DNA of 33,150 nt from Nemertoderma westbladi (taxonomy: Eukaryota; Animalia; Xenacoelomorpha). The stretch is from assembly GCA_032718475.1 (NCBI GenBank), contig JAUCBJ010002529.1, positions 1 to 33,150 on the forward strand. Direction: 5' to 3'. The translations under genes were made by a program, and so were the position numbers. Below, in pieces: positions 12,150 to 23,100 of this stretch; position 1 is the stretch's first letter, and every line of letters starts with the position of its first letter. The notes beneath the pieces were generated by a model. That model had not been told where the DNA came from. It worked only from the letters and a program-made list of their open reading frames with translations, and ran no database searches.

Positions 12150-12553
12150 ATGATTCATTCGAGTTCTGAGGAGTCAGACGATGAGTCTGGAGATGGGATC
12201 TCCTCCTCTGATGCTGAGAACGAGCAACGCGGATCTGATTCATCTGATGATCTCTCTCCGGAAGATTCGTCTGCAGAGAACGATAGCGGGTCCCTTGTTT
12301 GGGCGAAAATGTCGAAGAAGGATAACCCATGGCCAGCGCGTATACTGGTATAGTCGCACCTAACGCACATTTTCCTAAACCCACTAAAGGGAAATTTGGG
12401 GGCGAATACAAATATGTATACTTTTTCGGAACCAAAAATTTTTCATGGGTGAAGAATACCCCGGAATATATTCTCCCTTATATTGAGTATAAAGACAAGT
12501 TCTCTGTGCGTAAGGCCAATATCCCCTTAATGCCAATTTTATATTGGCACTAA
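12150..12553 (+). pseudogene. Frameshifted ORF: Ser/Asp/Glu-rich tract + PWWP domain (HDGF/LEDGF/GLYR1-like), carried inside the CACTG element
   Basis: Two overlapping ORFs join if 8 nt (CTGGTATA, 12345-12352) are removed. The result is a 131-aa product ...GSLVWAKMSKKDNPWPARIVAPNAHFPKPTKGKFGGEYKYVYFFGTKNFSWVKNTPEYILPYIEYKDKF..., with the PWWP hallmarks GxLVWAKM, WPARI, VxFFGT and W...PY. Confidence 0.85.
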
Positions 12554-14455
12554 GCGAAATACAAAACAATGAATAATTATCATTGATTTTTAGGTGAACA
12601 ACAAATGTATATCGTTGTTTAAAGTACATATTAAAGTATATATTATATATATATACGGTTCCCGTTATATATATATACCTTATAATATATACCTACCCAT
12701 TATTGTACCATCAACAGGTTTTTAAACAATATTTTTTATTTGTATAATAATTTCAATTATTTTTTGCCGGTATTATATATTTTTAATTATTTTTTTTATT
12801 TATATTTGTACCTATATTATACATCTATATCGTCTTATTTTTATATTTTCTAAATTGAATCATAAGCCATTTTGAAACCCATTAGGCCATTTCGTGCTCA
12901 TGTGCTCATTTCGTGCTCATTTCGTGCCCTTGATTAGTATAGTTTACCTCTATAACGGGGGATATATATAAATTGCCAGTGAGTTTGTTTTTGCTGCTCA
13001 TATAAATGGGAGGAATTCAGGTTATTAAACAACGATATATATATATCTACATAAATATAGTGCTACTTGATTGTGTTTAATTATGTTGTGTTTCTTCCAT
13101 AGCTGTTTTCTATAGCATTTGTGTTTCCATAGGTAATTTGAAATCTGCATATGTTCAATCTTTCTATAATAAAACTGCCCAACGTCTGTGAAAAAAGTCT
13201 GTGTTATTGTGTTTAATTATGTCACCTATATAATTGTGTTGTGTTTCCATAGCTGTTTTCTACAGCATTTGTGTTTCCACAGGTGTTTTCTATAGCATAG
13301 GTAATTTGATATGTGCATATGTTCAATCTTTCTATAATCAAACTGCCAAACGTCTGTGAAAAAAGTCTGTGTTATTCAAGAAAAATGCCATTTTTTATAT
13401 TCAAACTGCCACTTTTATTCAAGCAACTTGCATTCTTTTATCAAACAAGAGGATCTCGTCCAAATAGCAAGTCCGTGTTATTCAAGAAAAATGCCATTTT
13501 TTATATTCAAACTGCCACTTTTATTCAAGCAACTTGCATTCTTTTATCAAACAAGAGGATCTCGTTCAAATAGAGTCCGTGTTATTCAAGAAAAATGCCA
13601 TTTTTTATATTAAACTGCCACTTTTATTCAAGCAACTTGCATTCTTTTATCAAACAAGAGGATCTCGTCCAAATAGCAAGTCCGTGTTATTCAAGAAAAA
13701 TGCCATTTTTTATATTCAAACTGCCACTTTTATTCAAGCAACTTGCATTCTTTTATCAAACAAGAGGATCTCGTCCAAATAGCAAGTCCGTGTTATTCAA
13801 GAAAAATGCCATTTTTTATATTCAAACTGCCACTTTTATTCAAGCAACTTGCATTCTTTTATCAAACAAGAGGATCTCGTCCAAATAGCAAGTCCGTGTT
13901 ATTCAAGAAAAATGCCATTTTTTATATTAAACTGCCACTTTTATTCAAGCAACATGCATTCTTTTATCAAACAAGAGGATCTCGTCCAAATAGCAAGTCC
14001 GTGTTATTCAAGAAAAATGCCATTTTTTATATTAAACTGCCACTTTTATTCAAGCAACATGCATTATTTTATCAAACAAGAGGATCTCGTCCAAATAGCA
14101 AGTCCGTGTTATTCAAGAAAAATGCCATTTTTTATATTAAACTGCCACTTTTATTCAAGCAACTTGCATTCTTTTATCAAACAAGAGGATCTCGTCCAAA
14201 TAGAAAGTCCGTGTTATTCAAGAAAAATGCCATTTTTTATATTAAACTGCCACTTTTATTCAAGCAACATGCATTCTTTTATCAAACAAGAGGATCTCGT
14301 CCAAATAGCAAGTCCGTGTTATTCAAGAAAAATGCCATTTTTTATATTAAACTGCCACTTTTATTCAAGCAACATGCATTCTTTTATCAAACAAGAGGAT
14401 CTCGTCCAAATAGCAAGTCCGTGTTATTCAAGAAAAATGCCATTTTTTATATTAA

Positions 14456-16112
14456 CCCTTTCGATCCCAAAGTACCATATATGGGCACCAACATTTAGGG
14501 TATAAATTGCATTCAAAGAAACTTTAAATTCAGGGACTATTGCATTTAATTAGAAAAAAAAATACATGGATTTGCTCAAAACGTAATTTTACAGTACTGC
14601 CATTGCCAACAATTCCCCGATATTGGCTACTTCATAATAGCTGTTCTTGGCAATATTTTTCCTGAAATATTGACAGTTCCCAATCACTACAATGGATGGT
14701 ACACCTCTTGAAAAAAATATGAGCAAATTGGCTGACATCTCCACTAACATTTCCAACCAATAACAATAGGCCATTACCAAATCACTGAATGAGCTAATTA
14801 GTTTAAACAGGTGGGCATATATGGGCCACCGGGCATGTACAGTATGATTAGATTTTTTTATACTTCTGCTCTACAGCACTATATTGCAGTATTGCCATTC
14901 TGTGTTACTGTAATATTCAGCAATTAAGTACAGTAGGATGGTAAATGGCCTAGTACCTTGTTAGCTCGGGCGCCGGACTGTGTAGTGTAACGAACATTCA
15001 ACAATGATGTCTGATAGATGATAGGCCTATCTTGGTACACCGCCATTTGCTGGTACTGACCGGTATGTTTTACAGAGCTATCTATTTCATCAGTTAGGTA
15101 GGTCTATAGTAATATTGGAGGTAGGCCTACCTACACCCACCCTGTAGGGTGTTGCTCTCTGGTTGGGCAGATATACCGCTACAGTGTAGCGTAACAATAC
15201 AGCAATATAATATATATATAATAGAAGAGTCTTCTTGTGGGCACTAAATGTAGCAACAGTAAATGCATGGTTGCATTATAAGAAGGACGCAAAGAACGAC
15301 ACAACCCGTTTGTTGAAATCCAAAAAAATGGATTTGTTGTCCTTTACAGAAGCCATATCAACATCTTTGCTTTTCCTCGATAAGATGCCGCCATCGCTGG
15401 TGAGGAAGCGAGGCCGTCCAGGAGGAGACTCTGCTACCTCTAGTCCAGCACCAAGTGTTTCGGGGGCGTTTGTGGGATTTGAGACTGATAGAGCTGTAGA
15501 GTGTCAACTCCACGTCACCATAGGTCGAATGCCCCTTCTCCTGCCATGGATATACGGCATGATATAATTGCCCATTTCCCTGGGATGGTCCCAGTATCTG
15601 ATCGACAGCGCTGCCGTCACTGCGGCATGAACTCACAGATATCATGCCTTAAATGCTCTATCTTCCTGTGTATACGACACGACCGGATCGAAACTGCTTT
15701 CTAGACTACCATTGTATAGGGTATGATTGAACTGTATTATTGAACTCTGGTATGATTATTGATTATGTGAATTATTGCCTAATACTATGAATTAGGTGAA
15801 CTAAAAAATAATACATACACATACCAACGAACCAACAACATGCATAGAATCTAGTAATTGTTATATTGTTATCAATATTTCAATATTTTTATTATTAATT
15901 AAACAAGGAAATGCATTTTTCACGAATTTTTTAATTTAAATAAATTTACCCCAAGATCCCGTTGTACCATATATGGAACGTCTCTAAACTGAATGAAGAT
16001 AATATGAACATTATTTAATTTTCATCTTACTAGTTCATTTGTATCCCAATTAAGGTATTTTGACAAAAAAATATTTTTATTTACCACAGAAATTAATTCG
16101 GGATCGAAAGGG
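14456..16112 (+). mobile_element. Internally deleted piggyBac transposon (1.66 kb)
   Basis: TTAA TSD (14452-14455, 16113-16116), 13-bp TIR CCCTTTCGATCCC, subterminal GTACCATATATGG near both ends, and a transposase remnant. Confidence 0.95.
15223..15730 (+). pseudogene. C-terminal remnant of a piggyBac transposase with cysteine-rich domain, at least two frameshifts
   Basis: FLWALNVATVNAWLHYKK...MDLLSFTEAI...RKRGRP, then DIRHDIIAHFP...RQRCRHC...CLKCSIFLC, then (third frame) DRNCFLDYH. This is a typical piggyBac C-terminus; the catalytic DDD core is absent. Confidence 0.9.
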
Positions 16113-16821
16113 TTAAACTGCCACTTTTATTCAAGCAACTTGCATTCTTTTATCAAACAAGAGGATCTCGTCCAAATAGAAAGTCCGTGTTATTCAAGAA
16201 AAAGGCCATCTTATAAAAATTAAACAACCACTTATTAATTTTATAACTGCAGGTTTGATAAGCCCAATAAGTGTTATTTGAAATTTTTTAACCGCCGGTT
16301 TTCCAAAAAAGCGCCTCGTTCTGGTGTTGCACTTTAAGCGCAACTTTTTTGGAAAACCGGTGGTTTTTTAGTAAAAAAACGCCAGTTACTTCTTTCAGTG
16401 TAGCTAACTAGCTTGTTTTTACAAAAACTATAGATGTAAAAATTTAATAATTTTATTTTAAGAAAATCACTGAAATTTTATTTTATTTTCTATAAAGTTA
16501 TCTCTAGCTATTACACCATGTCCTGAAATAAAGAATCGATATTCAGGTATACCTGCCCACCCAAAAAAATGGCATATTACATGCGCATGGGAAAATAAAG
16601 TAGAACTTTTTTTCACTATTCTCGTTTTTTTCCCATGTAATACCTATAATTATATTCTTAAATTGGTACTTCTTTGTTGCTCAATTATTAGTTTTGATTT
16701 ATTTAATAAAAGATTACAATACGATACAGCTCACTTCAATAATTGACAAATTAGAACTCACTGATCGCTGCATTCACAATACCGTTGTGGGCTGCATTTA
16801 ATATATTTAATGTAATCTTAC

Positions 16822-17084
16822 CTCCCATACGCACTGGGAAATGTTGCAATATAGTCTTCGTCGTAGTCAAGTAAGGTAATACATCCCTGGCCGATATTAT
16901 GAACTCCTATTGACAACCCCAGGAACTTTGACTTGGTGTAGATATGAGCTTGTACTTGTATTTTGTTGACGATATTTTCTGCGTAGAAGGCGGATATGGG
17001 CGGGTGGTGTGAGACCTGTTCGGCTACGAAGGCGAGGTCGCTGTCTGCGCACCAAGGCACCGGACCAGTAGCCAATGACGGAGA
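16822..17084 (-). CDS. OSBPL9: OSBPL9/ORP9 internal coding exon with the OSBP signature
   Basis: tttacag|TCT...GGGAG|gtaag, 263 nt, phase 0 to 2. Translates [87 protein letters not shown](R). Confidence 0.97.
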
Positions 17085-17150
17085 CTGTAAATGTAAAACT
17101 AATGGTAAACTATTGGATTGGGGGGGGGGGGGGGTAGACCTAATGTTTAA

Positions 17151-18212
17151 CCCTTTCGGTACCATGGCACATACGTCTGTTCCATGTTCCATGGGTATTG
17201 CGCCATGACACACACGTCTGTTCCATGACATTTATTTGATTTCTAAGAAGGGAAAATGATGCTGGACTCTGCTGGACTGCTGAAAGTACATGCTTCTATA
17301 TGTTAGCGGCGCATTTCAGCTTGTATCTACTGTAATTTAACTACGGTCGGCCTACTGCAGACCTGCTTACAGACTGCCAGACTTTAGCAATAACAGAATA
17401 AGGCAGTACTGCAGTAAGGTACGCCTAAACTGACTAAACAGCCTAAACAAAAAAGCCTAAACAAACTGACCGACAGACAGTCTGGATAGGGCCAAAAGTA
17501 AAAACTGACAACGGAAATGAAATCCTTGACCAGGAAAACCCCCATAGAGAGAATTTTAATTAGCTAATGTGATTCCTTATATTTTTGACGGACAGACAGA
17601 CCGACAGACAGTCTGGATAGGGTTAAAAGTGAAAACTCACAGCGGCAATGAAATCCTTAACCAGGAAAACCCTCATAGAGAGAATTTTAATTAGCTAATG
17701 TGATTCCTTATATTTTTGACGGACAGACAGACCGACAGACAGACAGTCTGGATAGGGTCAAAAGTGAAAACTGACAGTGGAAATGAAATACTTGACCAGG
17801 AAAACCCCCATAGAGAGAATTTTAATTAGCTAATGTGATTCCTTATATTTTTGACGGACAGACAGACCGACAGACAGTCTGGATAGGGTTAAAAGTGAAA
17901 ACTCACAGCGGCAATGAAATCCTTGACCAGGAAAACCCTCATAGAGAGAATTTTAATTAGCTAATGTGATTCCTTATATTTTTGACGGACAGACAGACCG
18001 ACAGACAGTCTGGATAGGGTCAAAGGTAAAAACTGACAGCGGAAATGAAATCCTTGACCAGGAAAACCCCCATAGCGAGAATGTTAGTAGATTTTATTCT
18101 TTCTAAAGTCTTGACAGACAAACTGACAGAAAGACTGACAGACTTCAGAAATTCATTAATTAGAGTTGGGCACTTGGGGGTTTGAATAATTTCCAGTTAG
18201 GTACCGAAAGGG
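17151..18212. mobile_element. piggyBac-type MITE (1.06 kb) with internal 131-bp repeats
   Basis: TTAA TSD (17147-17150, 18213-18216) and 13-bp TIR CCCTTTCGGTACC; no coding remnant seen. Confidence 0.93.
17470..18085. repeat. 131-bp tandem repeat (about 4.7 copies, alternating A/B variants) with GACA runs
   Basis: TCTGGATAGG recurs at 17481, 17612, 17747, 17878 and 18009. Confidence 0.93.
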
Positions 18213-18251
18213 TTAAAATACAAAGTCACAAATTGAACGTTCTAGTGGAAT

Positions 18252-19946
18252 TCTTCCTACTCCAACACACTGCCTATATTGGTACGAGTTCCTTACCCGG
18301 TCTTCCTACTCCAACACACTGTCTATATTGGTACGAGATCCTTACCCGGTCTTCCTACTCCAACACACTGCCTATATTGGTACGAGTTCCATACCCGGTC
18401 TTCCTACTCCAACACACTGCCTATATTGGTACGAGTTCCTTACCCGGTCTTCCTACTCCAACACACTGCCTATATTGGTACGAGTTCCTTACCCGGTCTT
18501 CCTACTCCAACACACTGCCTATATTGGTACGAGTTCCTTACCCGGTCTTCCTACTCCAACACACTGCCTATATTGGTACGAGTTCCTTACCCGGTCTTCC
18601 TACTCCAACACACTGCCTATATTGGTACGAGTTCCTTACCCGGTCTTCCTACTCCAACACACTGCCTATATTGGTACGAGTTCCTTACCCGGTCTTCCTA
18701 CTCCAACACACTGCCTATATTGGTACGAGTTCCTTACCCGGTCTTCCTACTCCAACACACTGCCTATATTGGTACGAGTTCCTTACCCGGTCTTCCTACT
18801 CCAACACACTGCCTATATTGGTACGAGTTCCTTACCCGGTCTTCCTACTCCAACACACTGCCTATATTGGTACGAGTTCCTTACCCGGTCTTCCTACTCC
18901 AACACACTGCCTATATTGGTACGAGTTCGTTACCCGGTCTTCCTACTCCAACACACTGCCTATATTGGTACGAGTTCCTTACCCGGTCTTCCTACTCCAA
19001 CACACTGTCTATATTGGTACGAGTTCCTTACCCGGTCTTCCTACTCCAACACACTGCCTATATTGGTACGAGTTCCTTACCCGGTCTTCCTACTCCAACA
19101 CACTGCCTATATTGGTACGAGTTCCTTTCCCGGTCTTCCTACTCCAACACACTGCCTATATTGGTACGAGTTCCTTAACCGGTCTTCCTACTCCAACACA
19201 CTGTCTATATTGGTACGAGTTCCTTACCCGGTCTTCCTACTCCAACACACTGCCTATATTGGTACGAGTTCCTTACCCAGTCTTCCTACTCCAACACACT
19301 GCCTATATTGGTACGAGTTCCTTAACCGGTCTTCCTACTCCAACACACTGTCTATATTGGTACGAGTTCCTTACCCGGTCTTCCTACTCCAACACACTGC
19401 CTATATTGGTACGAGTTCCTTACCCGGTCTTCCTACTCCAACACACTGCCTATATTGGTACGAGTTCCTTACCCGGTCTTCCTACTCCAACACACTGCCT
19501 ATATTGGTACGAGTTCGTTACCCGGTCTTCCTACTCCAACACACTGCCTATATTGGTACGAGTTCCTTACCCGGTCTTCCTACTCCAACACACTGTCTAT
19601 ATTGGTACGAGTTCCTTACCCGGTCTTCCTACTCCAACACACTGCCTATATTGGTACGAGTTCCTTACCCGGTCTTCCTACTCCAACACAATACCTATAT
19701 TGGTACGAGTTCCTTACCCGGTCTTCCTACTCCAACACACTGCCTATATTGGTACGAGTTCCTTACCCGGTCTTCCTACTCCAACACACTGCCTATATTG
19801 GTACGAGTTCCTTACCCGGTCTTCCTACTCCAACACACTGCCTATATTGGTACGAGTTCCTTACCCGGTCTTCCTACTCCAACACACTGTCTATATTGGC
19901 ACGAGTTCCTTACCCGTTCCTTACCGGTACGAGTTCCTTACCCGGT
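18252..19946. repeat. 49-bp tandem array (about 34 copies) abutting the exon donor
   Basis: Unit TCTTCCTACTCCAACACACTGCCTATATTGGTACGAGTTCCTTACCCGG. Its minus strand contains ACCGG|GTAAGGAACTCGTACC, identical to the exon-intron junction at 19942/19941. Confidence 0.98.
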
Positions 19947-20107
19947 TTTGCGTTCCTGGCAGGTTCCACCAGCATTGGAATGTTTCACCGAGTATGGGAT
20001 TATAAGGTTTCTTAGCAACCGGGGATTTCCGACCTGCGTGGAATGACGACAAATACCAACGAACCGTCGCCATAAATCGCTCCTTTGGAGTCGAACATTG
20101 GGCGATT
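19942..20107 (-). CDS. OSBPL9: OSBPL9/ORP9 internal coding exon
   Basis: ttcgtttag|A ATC...AAC CGG|gtaagg, 166 nt, phase 2 to 0. Translates [55 protein letters not shown] ([10 protein letters not shown] motif). Confidence 0.96.
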
Positions 20108-20118
20108 CTAAACGAAGA

Positions 20119-23100
20119 TTAAAAAATAGGAGATTATTAGGTTAAATGTAAAGGGACATCCGTTAAAAATAGGAGATTATAGCTATAGGTCAAATGTAAA
20201 GGGACATCCGTTAAAAATAGGAGATTATAGGTTAAATGTAAAGGGACATACATCCATTAAAAATAGGAGATTATATGTTACATGTAAAGGGACATCGGTT
20301 AAAAATAGGAGATTATTAGGTTAAATTTATAGGGACATCCGTTAAAAATAGGAGATTATAGGTTAAATGTAAAGGGACATCCGTTAAAAATAGGAGATTA
20401 TAGGTTAAATTTAAAGGGACATCCGTTAAAAATAGGAGATTATAGGTTAAATGTAAAGGGACATCCGTTAAAAATAGGAGATTATAGGTTAAATGTAAAG
20501 GGACATCCGTTAAAAATAGGAGATTATAGGTTAAATGTAAAGGGACATCCGTTAAAAATAGGAGATTATAGGTTAAATGTAAAGGGACATACATCCATTA
20601 AAAATAGGAGATTATAGGTTACATGTAAAGGGACATCGGTTAAAAATAGGAGATTATTAGGTTAAATTTATAGGGAAATCCGTTAAAAATAGGAGATTAT
20701 AGGTTAAATGTAAAGGGACATCCGTTAAAAATAGGAGATTATAGGTTAAATGTAAAGGGACATCCGTTAAAAATAGGAGATTATAGGTTAAATGTAAAGG
20801 GACATCCGTTAAAAATAGGAGATTATAGGTTAAATGTAAAGGGACATCCGTTAAAAATAGGAGATTATAGGTTGAATGTAAAGGGACATCCGGTTAAAAA
20901 TAGGAGATTATAGGTTAAATGTAAAGGGACATCCGTTAAAAATAGGAGATTATAGGTTAAATGTAAAGGGACATCCGTTAAAAATAGGAGATTATATAGG
21001 TTAAATGTAAAGGGACATCCGTTAAAAATAGGAGATTATAGGTTAAATGTAAAGGGACTGGGACATCCGTTAAAAATCGGAGATTATAGGTTAAATGTAA
21101 AGGGACATCCGTTAAAAATAGGAGATTATAGGTTAAATGTAAAGGGACATCCGTTAAAAATAGGAGATTATAGGTTAAATGTAAAGGGACATCCGTTAAA
21201 AATAGGAGATTATAGGTTAAATGTAAAGGGACATCCGTTAAAAATAGGAGATTATAGGTTAAATGTAAAGGGACATTGTTTAAAAATAGGAGATTATATA
21301 AGTTAAATGTAAAGGGACATCCGTTAAAAATAGGAGATTATAGGTTAAATGTAAAGGGACATCCGTTAAAAATAGGAGATTATAGGTTAAATGTAAAGGG
21401 ACATCCGTTAAAAATAGGAGATTATATAGGTTAAATGTAAAGGGACATCCGTTAAAAATAGGAGATTATAGGTTAAATGTAAAGGGACATACGGTTAAAA
21501 ATAGGAGATTATAGGTTAAATGTAAAGGGACATCCAGATCCGTTAAAAATAGGAGATTATAGGTTAAATGTAAAGGGACATCCGTTTAAAATAGGAGATT
21601 ATAGGTTAAATGTAAAGGGACCTCGGTTAAAAATAGGAGATTATAGGTTAAATGTAAAGGGACATCCGTTAAAAATAGGAGATTATAGGATTAATGTAAA
21701 GGGACATCCGTTAAAAATAGGAGATTATAGGTTAAATGTAAAGGGACATTGGTTAGAAATAGGAGATTATAGGTTAAATGTAAAGGGACATCCGTTACAA
21801 AAATAGGAGATTATAGGTTAAATGTAAAGGGACATCCGTTAAAAATAGGAGATTATAGGTTAAATGTAAAGGGACATCCGTTAAAAATAGGAGATTATAG
21901 GTTAAATGTAAAGGGACATCCGTTAAAAATAGGAGATTATAGGTTAAATGTAAAGGGACATCCGTTACAAAAATAGGAGATTATAAGTTAAATGTAAAGG
22001 GACATTGGTTAGAAATAGGAGATTATAGGTTAAATGTAAAGGGACATCCGTTACAAAAATAGGAGATTATAGGTTAAATGTAAAGGGACATCCGTTAAAA
22101 ATAGGAGATTATAGGTTAAATGTAAAGGGACATCCGTTAAAAATAGGAGATTATAGGTTAAATGTAAAGGGACATCCGTTAAAAATAGGAGATTATAGGT
22201 TAAATGTAAAGGGACATCCGTTAAAAATAGGAGATTATAGGTTAAATGTAAAGGGACATCCGTTACAAAAATAGGAGATTATAGGTTAAATGTAAAGGGA
22301 CATCCGTTAAAAATAGGAGATTATAGGTTAAATGTAAAGGGACATCCGTTAAAAATAGGAGATTATAGGTTAAATGTAAAGGGACATCCGTTACAAAAAT
22401 AGGAGATTATAGGTTAAATGTAAAGGGACATCCGTTAAAAATAGGAGATTATAGGTTAAATGTAAAGGGACATCCGTTAAAAATAGGAGATTATAGGTTA
22501 AATGTAAAGGGACATTGGTTAGAAATAGGAGATTATAGGTTAAATGTAAAGGGACATCCGTTACAAAAATAGGAGATTATAGGTTAAATGTAAAGGGACA
22601 TCCGTTAAAAATAGGAGATTATAGGTTAAATGTAAAGGGACATCCGTTAAAAATAGGAGATTATAGGTTAAATGTAAAGGGACATCCGTTAAAAATAGGA
22701 GATTATAGGTTAAATGTAAAGGGACATCCGTTAAAAATAGGAGATTATAGGTTAAATGTAAAGGGACATCCGTTAAAAATAGGAGATTATAGGTTAAATG
22801 TAAAGGGACATCCGTTAAAAATAGGAGATTATAGGTTAAATGTAAAGGGACATCCGTTAAAAATAGGAGATAATAGGTTAAATGTAAAGGGACATCCATT
22901 AAAAATAGGAGATTATAGGTTAAATGTAAAGGGACATCGGTTAAAAATAGGAGATTATTAAGTTAAATTTATAGGGACATCCGTTAAAAATAGGAGATTA
23001 TAGGTTAAATGTAAAGGGACATCCGTTAAAAATAGGAGATTATAGGTAAAATGTAAAGGGACATCCGTTAAAATAGGAGATTATAGGTTAAATGTAAAGG

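Larger units (their letters stand above)
13369..16205. repeat. 105/106-bp tandem array (about 11 copies), interrupted by the piggyBac at 14456-16112
   Basis: Unit GTGTTATTCAAGAAAAATGCCATTTTTTATATT(C)AAACTGCCACTTTTATTCAAGCAAC...AAATAGCAAGTCC. The unit resumes in register after 16116. Two diverged precursor-like copies lie at ~13070-13370. Confidence 0.95.
10068..16400. mobile_element. CACTG-ended (CMC/EnSpm-like) non-autonomous element, 6.3 kb including a nested piggyBac
   Basis: Imperfect ~30-bp TIR: CACTGAAAAAAGTATCTGCCTGTTTTTTT versus the reverse complement of the right end, CACTGAAAGAAGTAACTGGCGTTTTTTT. TA on both flanks (10066-10067, 16401-16402). Dense subterminal AAGTGGCA/TGCCACTT motifs in both arms. 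Confidence 0.75.

Noticed and set aside
13313-14505. Overlapping ORFs up to 251 aa
   Set aside because: Periodic translations of the 105/106-bp array.
14456-16112. Active piggyBac or domesticated PGBD gene
   Set aside because: Only the C-terminal part remains, with frameshifts and no catalytic core.
17120-17134. G15 homopolymer
   Set aside because: Simple run (poly-C on the sense strand near the acceptor); nothing supports a specific function.
18182-20046. 607-, 572-, 299- and 186-aa plus-strand ORFs
   Set aside because: The 49-bp unit lacks plus-strand stops, so all frames give the same periodic peptide; antisense to OSBPL9.
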